Below are positions 8,500 through 17,662 of a stretch of DNA of 40,275 bases, piece by piece. The position numbers were made by a program, and so were the translations under genes. The first letter of the stretch is position 1. Every line of letters begins with the position of its first letter. A model generated the notes under the pieces. It saw only the letters and a program-made list of their open reading frames with translations, was not told the DNA's origin and searched no databases. Source of the DNA: Sulfolobales archaeon (GTDB taxonomy: Archaea > Thermoproteota > Thermoprotei_A > Sulfolobales > NBVN01); the NCBI GenBank assembly GCA_038841535.1, contig JAWBTQ010000011.1:1-40275 (forward strand), given 5' to 3'.

Positions 8500-10233
8500 T
8501 TAAGCTGACTCTAAGCCATGTCGTAACATTCTCGATAGCTCACTATGGATGTTTCTTATGCTTACGCGGACTTGTCTTCGGGTATCTCGTTCTCTTATCG
8601 TTACAGTATCATCGCTTAAGGTTTGGAAATCTACTGTAATAGCGTAGGGTATACCCACTTCATCAGCCCTCGCATACCTTCTCCCTATGCTACCGCTTTC
8701 GTCATATATTACTGTAAGACCTAAGGACATAAGCTCTGTATATATCTTCCTAGCCACTCTTACTAGCTCTTCTCTTTCAAGCAGAGGGAAAACAGCTACC
8801 TTTATTGGAGCTATTCTTCTCGGTATTTTTAGCATAACTCTACCCTCTTCCTCCGTATAAGCCTTGTCAAGAACTAATAGTATAAGCCTTTCAGCACCGA
8901 AGGAAGGTTCCGCTACATGAGGAATAACTCTTGTTCCAACTACCTTCTCAGTTTCCTTCGATATCTTGATGGCCGTGCGAGGCACTCTAACTCCAGCTAT
9001 GATCACAGTCTCCTCGGGACTCGCAATAGCTTTCCTTACCTCCTCGATGCTAACGTTCTTAAGTGCTTCCAGGAACGATGTCAGAGAAGGTCCAAGAAAT
9101 CTACCCAGGATCGACCTATCTATAACTACTCTCTCAACCTCGACGACCTTCGGCTCTCTAAACGGCTTAAAAACAGTCATGTCTTGACCAGAGAACTCCA
9201 TGTGTCTCCTCAAGTCATAATCAGTTCTATAAGCATGTCCAGATACCTCAATCCATCCCCAGCGGCTTATCCTGACTAACTGATCGAAGGTCTGAGCTGA
9301 GTAATGAGCTCTCTCATAGGGCATCTTTTCCTCGAAATACATCTCGCCGTAGTCTACTCCGAGTTCTCTTACAAACTCCCGAGCAACACACATCCAGTAC
9401 CCCAACCAACTGTTCTTGATTATTCCCACTCTAACTGCTTCGATAACGTCTACCTCAACCGGTTTTTCCTCGCCTTTCAGTCTCAGTTCTGCTGGTAGTA
9501 GCCTTAGTTTTCCTGAAAACCTATCCCACGGCGGCTCCTCACCTTCGGGATCGTGAAAGAACTCTACCTCCATGATCGTGAACTCTCTGAGTCTCACCAT
9601 TCCCTGTCTAGGTGAGATCTCGTTTCTAGCTACCCTACCTATTTGGGCTATCCCGAGGGGGAGCTTTTCCCTCATAGAGATGAAGACCCTCTTGAAAGCT
9701 GTGAACATTCCTTGAGCAGCTTCAGGCCTGAGGTACCCCGTATCGGAGGAGTACGGTCCGATCGTTGTCTTGAAGAGGAGATTAAAAGTCCTTACTTCAC
9801 TAAGTTCTCCACCACACTGAGGACATTTCAACCCTCTGCTTCTGACTATCTCGTTTAGCTCTTCAATACTTCGCCCCTCAACTTTAAGTCCGGTAGCTTC
9901 CTCTATTAAGTGATCGGCTCTGTACTTTCGTTCACAACTGAGGCACTCAATAATAGGGTCAGTGAAGTGGTCTAAGTGACTACTTGCTTTAAGAAGCACC
10001 TCGGGAACTATGACTGGAGTCTCTACCTCGGTCACTAAGTCCTGGTGCCTTAAGACGAAGTACTCCCTCCAGAGGTCCACTATGTTAATCTTGAGTAACG
10101 TCCCTAGAGGCCCTAAATCGTAAAAACCTGCTACACCTCCGTAGATTTCAAAGGAAGGCCAGAAAAAACCTCTTCTCTTTGCTAAGTCTACTACTTTATC
10201 GTATTTATCCTCAAAGGACACCTCTTTAGGCAT
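8500..10233 (-). CDS. glyS: Glycyl-tRNA synthetase (homodimeric archaeal/eukaryotic type)
   Basis: RRGFFWPSFEIYGG, YLRPEAAQG, RNEISPRQG, EPSFG and anticodon-binding domain SIGRRYARADE. Confidence 0.96.
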   Translation of the reverse strand: MPKEVSFEDKYDKVVDLAKRRGFFWPSFEIYGGVAGFYDLGPLGTLLKINIVDLWREYFVLRHQDLVTEVETPVIVPEVLLKASSHLDHFTDPIIECLSCERKYRADHLIEEATGLKVEGRSIEELNEIVRSRGLKCPQCGGELSEVRTFNLLFKTTIGPYSSDTGYLRPEAAQGMFTAFKRVFISMREKLPLGIAQIGRVARNEISPRQGMVRLREFTIMEVEFFHDPEGEEPPWDRFSGKLRLLPAELRLKGEEKPVEVDVIEAVRVGIIKNSWLGYWMCVAREFVRELGVDYGEMYFEEKMPYERAHYSAQTFDQLVRISRWGWIEVSGHAYRTDYDLRRHMEFSGQDMTVFKPFREPKVVEVERVVIDRSILGRFLGPSLTSFLEALKNVSIEEVRKAIASPEETVIIAGVRVPRTAIKISKETEKVVGTRVIPHVAEPSFGAERLILLVLDKAYTEEEGRVMLKIPRRIAPIKVAVFPLLEREELVRVARKIYTELMSLGLTVIYDESGSIGRRYARADEVGIPYAITVDFQTLSDDTVTIRERDTRRQVRVSIRNIHSELSRMLRHGLESA

Positions 10234-10600
10234 TCTAGTGCCCCCGCTATTTCCATACCAACTTCGCTAGCTACTTAAATATCGCGCCTCAGTTCGCTGT
10301 CTAGAGTTTATAATAATCAATGTTAAATGGTGTGTGAAAAGACCTAAAAGCCTTTCTATCGCAGGGTTAATAGTTGTTCAAGATGCCAGTATCTAGTATC
10401 CTGCGGTTTCCCCGAACACATAGACCCGGTGAGAACTGGTGTATAATGAGGAGACAAAGGAGCAATGAAATCAATTACTATATCGATATAGAGACCAATC
10501 ACCTCTGAGGCTATATTCACTACCCCACCGCGGGGAGTAGCTTTTGTCTTTAGGTGCGGTCTTCTATATCTTCCCCAACTCTAACGAAATATACCAGGTT

Positions 10601-11005
10601 CTACTTAGTGGTATATTCTATTATGCTAATTCCCCTCATCTGCATTTTCTCCGCGAGTTTTTCCACCATGACGTTATCCATCACGAAAACCCCTACATCG
10701 CACTCGGATTCTCCGAGCTCCAAGTACTTTAACTCAGAGCCTTCCTCCAGGATTGCTGAAATTACGTCGACCAACTCATTTCTACTCCGCAAGCGGATTC
10801 TATAGTTCGCGATAACCCCTGTTATTAAGGGTCTTATAACTATAGCCTTACCTGAGTGGTCTACGAGTAGCTCAACAAGTGTTCCAGGTTCTATGTTTAA
10901 AATCTCTCTAACTGAGAGAGGTATCGTTATTCTTCCTTTTTCGTCCACCTTGAGAATGTACTTGCTACCAGTACCAGCAGTCCTCACAACTCCACCCAGA
11001 TCCAT
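10601..11005 (-). CDS. AbrB/MazE/SpoVT-family DNA-binding protein with C-terminal extra domain
   Basis: KVDEKGRITIPLSVREILNIEPG signature. Confidence 0.85.
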   Translation of the reverse strand: MDLGGVVRTAGTGSKYILKVDEKGRITIPLSVREILNIEPGTLVELLVDHSGKAIVIRPLITGVIANYRIRLRSRNELVDVISAILEEGSELKYLELGESECDVGVFVMDNVMVEKLAEKMQMRGISIIEYTTK

Positions 11006-11034
11006 AGTGATTACTAACTACTTTTGCTTTTAGG

Positions 11035-11062
11035 TTGACTGCCTGCGGATAAGCCGCAGGCT
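11035..11062 (-). repeat. GC hairpin followed by GTCAA; isolated IS200/IS605 right-end-like element or terminator
   Basis: GCCTGCGG-ataag-CCGCAGGC, perfect 8-bp stem at 11041-11061; minus strand reads AGCCTGCGGCTTATCCGCAGGCAGTCAA. Confidence 0.5.
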
Positions 11063-11101
11063 ATGAATACCGTGCGGCTGTTGAGCTAGAAAGATTATTA
11101 C

Positions 11102-14100
11102 TCAAGCCGAGTCGTTGGAGACTTTATTGATACCTAAGAAAGTTTCTGAAACACCTTCAGATAGGTTCTTACTCAAGGTATTGCTTATCTCTATCTCTGC
11201 TAGTACGGAGATAGGTATCAAAACCGCTAGGTCGTAAGGAACGATACTATCCACCTGTTCAGCAAGTCTCATCAATCTTGCCGTATAAAGAGGTGTTACA
11301 AGTTGGGGATTGACTCTTTTGACTAATCCCAATACAGCAGTTCCCCTCTTAGTTGGTATCAGGCACTGTTTATACTTACTTATTACGACATACCCATGTC
11401 TTCGGTTATTCTCAATAGCTTTAGCGTACGTAGATGGTCTACCTATTCCTTCCTCTTTCATTTTTCTGATAGCTTCAGCTGAAGTCAGTAGTCCTACTTT
11501 GGAGCCGCGATAGCTTCTTATCGACTTAGGTTTTACCGTAAGAGCCTTGCCGGGAAGTTCAACTAACTTTATTGGTAAAACCTTGGTGAAACCTTCTTCA
11601 ACAACTCCGATGGGTAACTTAATTACTGCCAACTCCCTACCTGAAGACCTGAAAGAGTAGTGTCTATATAGAACCTTAGATGGGGTCATTTGACTAGCGA
11701 CGAATCTCTTAAAGATCAATCTGTATGCTTCGTAATGCTTTCTCGTAAGAGGAACACCGAACTGAATGGACTCTGTTTCGACGTCCTCCACGGGCCTGGT
11801 CGGCCTAATTGCTTCGTGTGCTCCACCATCGCCCCAGCTTCTAGGGTTAAAAAGGTGTTGAAGGTTTATAGATCTAAGGTAAGATTTTGCTATTTCTATT
11901 CCATAGTTTGAGACTCTGGTTGAGGAAGTTCTATGGTAAGTTATAAAACCAGCTTCATAGAGCTCCTGAAGGATCTTCATAGCTTCTCCCGGTGAAATCT
12001 TAAGGTACTTACTGAGGTCTTCTAAAGCTGTATCTGTAGTGTATGGAGGCCTGGGATGTAGTGTTTCAACTTCTTCAGCTATGGGGACTAGCTCAACTCC
12101 ACTACTTAGATCAGCAGAAAGTCTTTCAACTTCCTCACCGCTATCTACGTAGAGTTTTAGTGAGACTCCTTCGTATGGTAGCTCTACAGACAGCACGAAG
12201 CTCTTGTTTCGCACGTACTTTTCGTACCTCTCTACTACCCAGGAAAGGACGGGTGTTTGGACTCTGCCACCGCCAGCGTTAGGTGTACCGAGGTATTCCT
12301 TTAGTATGTTACTTAACCCAAAACCAACGAGTCTATCGTCTACTCTTCGGATAACCTGAGACTTAACCAGCCTTAAGTCTATCTCTCTTAAGGATGTCAT
12401 TCCGCTGATTATACCATACCTAGTTATCTCATGAAAATCTGCGCGCTTAATGTTCTCGTTGTATGGTTTTAAAGCTACGTAGATATCGTAAGCTATTTTC
12501 TCACCTTCTTCATCAGCATCCGTAGCAATAACGACTAACGAGGACTCCTTTGCCAGCTTTCTCATAACGTTAATTGTTCTAATACTATCGTAAACCCTCA
12601 GAGAGCTACACCTCGGGCAACTATCTACTTCGTTAGTAAACTGGCTGCCACACTCTCGGCATCTCTTTAAGGAGGTGTAAACCGGTGTTACACTACCATC
12701 TCTGCTTACTTTTACTCCGTATAGACCAACATCTATAGCCAAATCAAATAAGTGCCCTAAGCTTGGCACAATAGTAGAGACATAGTATGTCTTTCCCACC
12801 GGTATGACTGCCTCATAAGCTACTAATCCACTTATGTATCTCTTCCCTCCACCACCAAACATCTTAGCTATAGTCCTTGCTTTAGTAGGTGATTCAACTA
12901 TTATCAAAGTAGGTACTATCCTTGAAACAACACTATCGAGGCTGGATAAGGTGTGCCTACTTCTCGTTGCTTCCTGAAGAGCCTCTGAGAGCTCGGCGAG
13001 GTCTAAGTCTCTAAAGTTACTCTCAAACAAGACTTTGAGTCTTTTCAGGAACATTTCGTATATGTATCTATTTTCGTAAAGAAGTACGGAGACCCCTAAG
13101 GTCATCCTACCGTTTAAGAGTCTACTGGTTCTACCAGAGGCTTGTATGTATGTGTAAATATCCGGGATCTCGACAACAATTTCACCACTCTCTAGCGGTC
13201 TAGCTAAAGCGTTCCCTAAGTTCAGCCAGTTAACCAATAGTGCATAGCGTTTCACGGTCTTTAGAACATACTCCTGCAATTCTGAGGCATACGATACTAG
13301 CTCTTCAATGCGTGGACTTGATGGCTGTAAGAACCCCATTAAGCATAGGTCTATGACTTTAAGCACAGATGGCCTCAGTCTAGATAGGGTCTCGTAGGTC
13401 TTAGCTAGCCGTAAGTAGTCCTGGTTAGATAAATCAGGAGGTCTGCTGAGAGCTCTGAAAGACATTATGACATTAGTCGTTCTCGATAGGTACGCATCAA
13501 GAGGTACCGAGAACTTCGGAGTTCCAACGAATATCGAGGACTTTATGATCGTTGGCTCATCTATACCTCGCGTGAGCACTCCGTAGTATGTTGCCACACC
13601 TATCAGCACATCAACATCTCCTCTGCGAAGCCTTTCAACAGCTTTAGGTGTATGAGCTACGGATGCTTTAACACCCTCCCCCTCTAATTCCTCTGCGAGC
13701 TTTCTTACGTAATTCCTACCTAGGTCCCTAGAAACGAATACGAGAGTCCCCCTCCCCAGGGTCTTTATCAACCTAACCACGTCTACAGTGTCGACCTGAG
13801 CTGAAAATTCGCGAACGTTTCTTAAGTAATCAACTATACTCCCTATTTCGAAACTCAGAAGTTCTCTCAAAACCTTTATCCTCTCCCTCTTTCCCCTCCC
13901 AGTAGCTGAAGCAATAAGAAGTTGTCCTACCCGCCTACTACTAATACTACCCAATAAGCGTGCTTCAAGCTCCTCTATAGACTTAACTACTTCTTTGTAG
14001 CGGGCAGTATTCGCGTGCTTTAAGGTGTACGCTGACTGCTTCAGTTTGATAAGGCTTCTCGCAGTATCTATGTCATCAGCGTTGAAACCGAGTGCGGATA

Positions 14101-14629
14101 AAATAGAATCTAATAGTGAAGAGTTTTTCAGGAGGGCGTCGAAGTCATCAACTATTACCGTACTAATGCTTGCTGATCCTAGGGTTTCACGATTCTTAAA
14201 TAAGAGCATGTGCGTTGCAACATGAACTCCCGAAGATAGGGAGCTTAAACCACTTCGTACTTCGACTCCTAATTTATCCCCTAGTTGTACCATTCTCTCA
14301 ACGACTTGTTCCACTAAAGAACGTGTTGGAACTACGTACAAAACGGACTCACCGGCTGAAGCTCTATAAAGCCCGTAAACCTGAAGAAGGGTCGACTTCC
14401 CTACTCCAGTAGGAGCTATGAGCGCAAAAGATTCCCCAGCCAACATCCTTCTTGCCCAAGACCTCTGCATAGCCCAAGGAGGATGACCAGTAGATCTCTC
14501 AAAGAAGCTAGAAAACTCTTGCAATAACCCGTCCACAGCATCGTAAACCCTGGGGCTCTCTATCAAGGTAGCATCATCACACTCGACTAATTTATCTAGG
14601 CATATGTGGCGGTAAGTCAGCATGTCCAA
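11102..14629 (-). CDS. rgy: Reverse gyrase
   Basis: SF2 helicase-like domain (APTGVGKS, DDFD, SAT, RGID, YIQASGRTSR) fused to topoisomerase IA (IVESPTKA, ATDADEEGE, GRVQTP, ITYHRT, AHEAIRPT, GIGRPSTY). Confidence 0.96.
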   Translation of the reverse strand: MDMLTYRHICLDKLVECDDATLIESPRVYDAVDGLLQEFSSFFERSTGHPPWAMQRSWARRMLAGESFALIAPTGVGKSTLLQVYGLYRASAGESVLYVVPTRSLVEQVVERMVQLGDKLGVEVRSGLSSLSSGVHVATHMLLFKNRETLGSASISTVIVDDFDALLKNSSLLDSILSALGFNADDIDTARSLIKLKQSAYTLKHANTARYKEVVKSIEELEARLLGSISSRRVGQLLIASATGRGKRERIKVLRELLSFEIGSIVDYLRNVREFSAQVDTVDVVRLIKTLGRGTLVFVSRDLGRNYVRKLAEELEGEGVKASVAHTPKAVERLRRGDVDVLIGVATYYGVLTRGIDEPTIIKSSIFVGTPKFSVPLDAYLSRTTNVIMSFRALSRPPDLSNQDYLRLAKTYETLSRLRPSVLKVIDLCLMGFLQPSSPRIEELVSYASELQEYVLKTVKRYALLVNWLNLGNALARPLESGEIVVEIPDIYTYIQASGRTSRLLNGRMTLGVSVLLYENRYIYEMFLKRLKVLFESNFRDLDLAELSEALQEATRSRHTLSSLDSVVSRIVPTLIIVESPTKARTIAKMFGGGGKRYISGLVAYEAVIPVGKTYYVSTIVPSLGHLFDLAIDVGLYGVKVSRDGSVTPVYTSLKRCRECGSQFTNEVDSCPRCSSLRVYDSIRTINVMRKLAKESSLVVIATDADEEGEKIAYDIYVALKPYNENIKRADFHEITRYGIISGMTSLREIDLRLVKSQVIRRVDDRLVGFGLSNILKEYLGTPNAGGGRVQTPVLSWVVERYEKYVRNKSFVLSVELPYEGVSLKLYVDSGEEVERLSADLSSGVELVPIAEEVETLHPRPPYTTDTALEDLSKYLKISPGEAMKILQELYEAGFITYHRTSSTRVSNYGIEIAKSYLRSINLQHLFNPRSWGDGGAHEAIRPTRPVEDVETESIQFGVPLTRKHYEAYRLIFKRFVASQMTPSKVLYRHYSFRSSGRELAVIKLPIGVVEEGFTKVLPIKLVELPGKALTVKPKSIRSYRGSKVGLLTSAEAIRKMKEEGIGRPSTYAKAIENNRRHGYVVISKYKQCLIPTKRGTAVLGLVKRVNPQLVTPLYTARLMRLAEQVDSIVPYDLAVLIPISVLAEIEISNTLSKNLSEGVSETFLGINKVSNDSA

Positions 14630-14747
14630 TCCTATTGATTTGCTACTCAGTACTAGATCCTTATAAAACTTGAAACTCTTAGAGCGGAAACTACGTCAGC
14701 TCACGATATCTTATCTTGTGTTCATAGCTTCTTATGTGTATACAGTA

Positions 14748-14962
14748 TACTGCGTCCGCGGGATAAAGTTGACGCAGAGATCCTAAAGGAGCATTCAAAA
14801 CACTACTCAAAGCAAGAACCACATCCTTGAGCCCCACCACACAAATAAGGCTTGCGCGCCTAAGACCGGGGGGTAAAGCTAAACCCCCAGCAAAGAGAGG
14901 GGACGTAGCTCCAGACCACCCGCCAGTTGGAATCCTCACCCCTCAGAGGGGGAGGAGGTCAG
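14748..14962 (+). mobile_element. tnpB 3' relic with IS200/IS605 right end (omega-RNA scaffold region)
   Basis: Reads DPKGAFKTLLKARTTSLSP (cf. TnpB NADxxGAFNILKK). Stems CTGCGTC/GACGCAG and GGGGGT/ACCCCC. Subterminal hairpin TCCTCACCCCT-cag-AGGGGGAGGA then GGTCAG, as in archaeal tnpB right ends. Confidence 0.75.
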
Positions 14963-14995
14963 AAGCTAGGTATACGTGGAAGCCAGGTATACGGC
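14962..14995 (+). repeat. Tandem 17-bp-period repeat directly after the element end
   Basis: GAAGCTAGGTATACG-tg / GAAGCCAGGTATACG-gc, 14/15 identical. Confidence 0.7.
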
Positions 14996-15033
14996 ACTAG
15001 TTGCTCATTCAATATTAAATGCTGACTAGTTAA

Positions 15034-15948
15034 TTGAGTTGGTGTGGTTTAGTGAGAGTAGTGAGCTTACCAGGAGACCCAGGTGTTGGACCCAAGCTGG
15101 CTAGTTACTTAGGTCTAGAGCACATATCTTTGTTTTCCAAGAGGTTTCCTGACGGAGAGATCTATGTCAGATTGCTTCAGAAAATTGAAAACGAGGAAAT
15201 ACTCCTGGTTCAGTCTATGTATCCAGCGCAAAACGACCGCTTGGTAGAGCTGTTGCTAGCTCTCGAGCTTCTCAATCGCTACGAGAACAGAGTGTCTCTC
15301 TTAGTTACTTACTTAGCTTATGCTCGCCAGGACAAAGAGTTTCTGGGAGGTGAGCCGGTGAGCCTGAGGTCAATCATTAGAGCAATGATAGCTCAAGGGG
15401 TCAAAACCTTAGTGACTATCGATGCCCACAATCCTCACGCTGTTAAGGAGTTCTTAAGCAACGTCAAGTACGTCAACCTACTCCCGGAGGAGGTTTTCGC
15501 GGAAGCTCTATCTGAGAGGTACAGAGGTAGAGAGATGACTGTAGTTGCTCCAGATCAGGGAGCCACGGATAGAGCTCTGTCTCTAGCAAAACACCTGAGA
15601 TGCGGTTATGTGGTAATCCAAAAAGTGAGAGATAGAGTTACAGGTCAGGTGAAACACGTACTTGACCCACTGAGTAGAGTCTCTGGACTTGCTGTAATTG
15701 TCGATGACATTATTAGTACTGGAGGAACGATAGCTGGAATAGCGTCCTGTCTCGCCAATAGTGGTGTCGAAGTAGTAGTAGCTGCTTCACACGCACTACT
15801 CGTAGGAGAAGCTTTTGAAAAGCTAGTTAAGTCAGGAGTGCGGGAGATCTACGCTCTTCCAACAATCTCTCCAACACTTAATAATGTAATATATCTTGAT
15901 ATAGTTCCATACATAGCTAGAGAGCTTAAAAGTGAAGGTGTCATATAA
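15034..15948 (+). CDS. prs: Ribose-phosphate pyrophosphokinase
   Basis: FPDGEIYVR, YLAYARQDK, APDQGA, VDDIISTGGT; real start may be GTG 15052. Confidence 0.94.
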   Translation: MSWCGLVRVVSLPGDPGVGPKLASYLGLEHISLFSKRFPDGEIYVRLLQKIENEEILLVQSMYPAQNDRLVELLLALELLNRYENRVSLLVTYLAYARQDKEFLGGEPVSLRSIIRAMIAQGVKTLVTIDAHNPHAVKEFLSNVKYVNLLPEEVFAEALSERYRGREMTVVAPDQGATDRALSLAKHLRCGYVVIQKVRDRVTGQVKHVLDPLSRVSGLAVIVDDIISTGGTIAGIASCLANSGVEVVVAASHALLVGEAFEKLVKSGVREIYALPTISPTLNNVIYLDIVPYIARELKSEGVI

Positions 15949-15995
15949 TAGCAATTTCATCCACTGCCTCCCGTCTTTAGTTAGGTTGTATGTAA

Positions 15996-17021
15996 ATGAG
16001 TGAGAACCTGATTTACGTCTATCTTTCGGGAATACATAAGACTTTACCTAAAGCTGAAGTAATGGCTATTGCTGAGGCAGAAAGCATCGATATAAAAGTA
16101 GTGTTTGACGCAGATCAGCTCCTTGTCGTTCACTCTAGCTCTGACCTCATAGAGTTTCTTAAACTTAGGTCTGCTTACTCCAGGAGAGTAGGTAAAGTGC
16201 TGTGGATTGGCCGCTTGGAGGGTATCAAGGATGGTATTTCGAGAGCTATAGAAAGACTACAGAGCCGGGGAGTCGGATCAATAAAAATGGAGTTTAGAAG
16301 CTTGGGAGGGTTAGAAAAGGAGAAAGACTATTGGAACACTATTAAGCTACTTACTGAGAGCGGTATAAGATTGAGCAAAACGGGTGCGAATACTCTGGAC
16401 ATAATTTTATCTCATGAAATAGCCGTGATAGGTTTAAGGGATTACGAACTAAGGTTGAAGAATTTATTTGATAGGTGGTCTAACAAGAGACCAGCATACT
16501 TACCCGGTGCTCTAAACCCGGATATATCACGAATATTTGTAAATCTTAGTAGAGCGAGTATACGGCAGAGCACCCTGTTTTACGACCCGTTTTGTGGTGT
16601 TGGTAGCTTTCTACTTGAAGCCTGTTACATGGGACTTAAGTATGCAGGAAGCGACGTAGATGAGAGAAGTGTCGAAGGCGCCTTAAAGAACTTGAAGAGC
16701 TATGGATGTGCTTCAGAAGTCTTTCTAGCTGATGCGTGTAAGATGCCTGTTTATGAAGTTGATGCTATAGGTACTGACATGCCTTACGGTAGGCAAACTA
16801 AGCCTCACGGAGCGGATATTGTAGAGCTCATTAAGTGCATGTTAGAAAATTCCGAGAGTGCTTTAAAGAAGAAATCATACCTTGTGTTTGCTCAAAGTAG
16901 CGAGCTTGAGGAATATGTTTACAAGTACGTAAGCAAGTTAGACTTCGAGTTAGTGGAGGTTCACCGCAACTGGGTCCACGGCTCGCTAACGCGAAACATA
17001 TATGTCCTTAGGAGGAAGTAG
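15996..17021 (+). CDS. trmG10: tRNA (guanine-10-N2) methyltransferase, Trm11/TrmG10 family
   Basis: KRP...GAL, VNLSR, YDPFCGVGSFLLEA, TDMPYGR and VHGSLTR motifs. Confidence 0.82.
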   Translation: MSENLIYVYLSGIHKTLPKAEVMAIAEAESIDIKVVFDADQLLVVHSSSDLIEFLKLRSAYSRRVGKVLWIGRLEGIKDGISRAIERLQSRGVGSIKMEFRSLGGLEKEKDYWNTIKLLTESGIRLSKTGANTLDIILSHEIAVIGLRDYELRLKNLFDRWSNKRPAYLPGALNPDISRIFVNLSRASIRQSTLFYDPFCGVGSFLLEACYMGLKYAGSDVDERSVEGALKNLKSYGCASEVFLADACKMPVYEVDAIGTDMPYGRQTKPHGADIVELIKCMLENSESALKKKSYLVFAQSSELEEYVYKYVSKLDFELVEVHRNWVHGSLTRNIYVLRRK

Positions 17022-17022
17022 C

Positions 17023-17289
17023 TTGAGGGGAAGGGACATTAAGATCCCATTGATCTTAACGCTCTATGGAGTGCTTCTTTTAGCCTTGCTTCCGTTGCTA
17101 ATAAGAGCAACAACAAAGTTGGGATCATATATGGAGAGCTATATAACTAGTTTGGGTTCTTCTTTGCTTTCACTAGCTATAATTGGGCTAGCCACTATTG
17201 GAGCCCTTTACATGTGGCTTAAGACGGCAAGGTGGTTAATTAGCAAAAAGTGCGAGAATAGGGTCAACGAAGGCTCTAATCAGGTATGA
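17023..17289 (+). CDS. Small hypothetical membrane protein (2 TM)
   Basis: Two hydrophobic helices; TTG 17023 preceded by GGAGG. Confidence 0.6.
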   Translation: MRGRDIKIPLILTLYGVLLLALLPLLIRATTKLGSYMESYITSLGSSLLSLAIIGLATIGALYMWLKTARWLISKKCENRVNEGSNQV

Positions 17290-17662
17290 GCTGGTCATCT
17301 ATCTTATACTTCAGCTCTCGCCAACACTCACTTAGCTAACGAGGAAGCATAATGAATTAAAAGCTAGAGATGCGCCGAGTTAAGAAGGGCTTCATTCTTG
17401 GTTTCTCGGAATAGCAGGTAATGACGGGGTCATCGCTTTCATAGCCTAGGAAATGAGTCGTGGACCGCATGTGGGAGCACAGCGTCTTTAAAACCCGAGA
17501 GCTGCCCGGCCGGCAGGAACACCAAAATCCGAGCGGACAAGGAGAGATTTTCAGAATGCGAGGAGGTGTTAAGTACTTGAAAAGACTTTTGGGGGACAAG
17601 CGGTGTGATAGAAGAGCTAAGAACTCATAAATTACTGACTCGAAATTAGAGGCGGTGTACTG

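Noticed and set aside
14691-14939. 82-aa minus-strand ORF
   Set aside because: It is the antisense of the tnpB relic, with no coding features.
17275-17335. Possible C/D-box sRNA on the minus strand (CTGA...AGATGA-ccagctcatac-CTGA)
   Set aside because: No acceptable C box, and only about 8 nt complementarity to a recalled 23S sequence; indistinguishable from chance.
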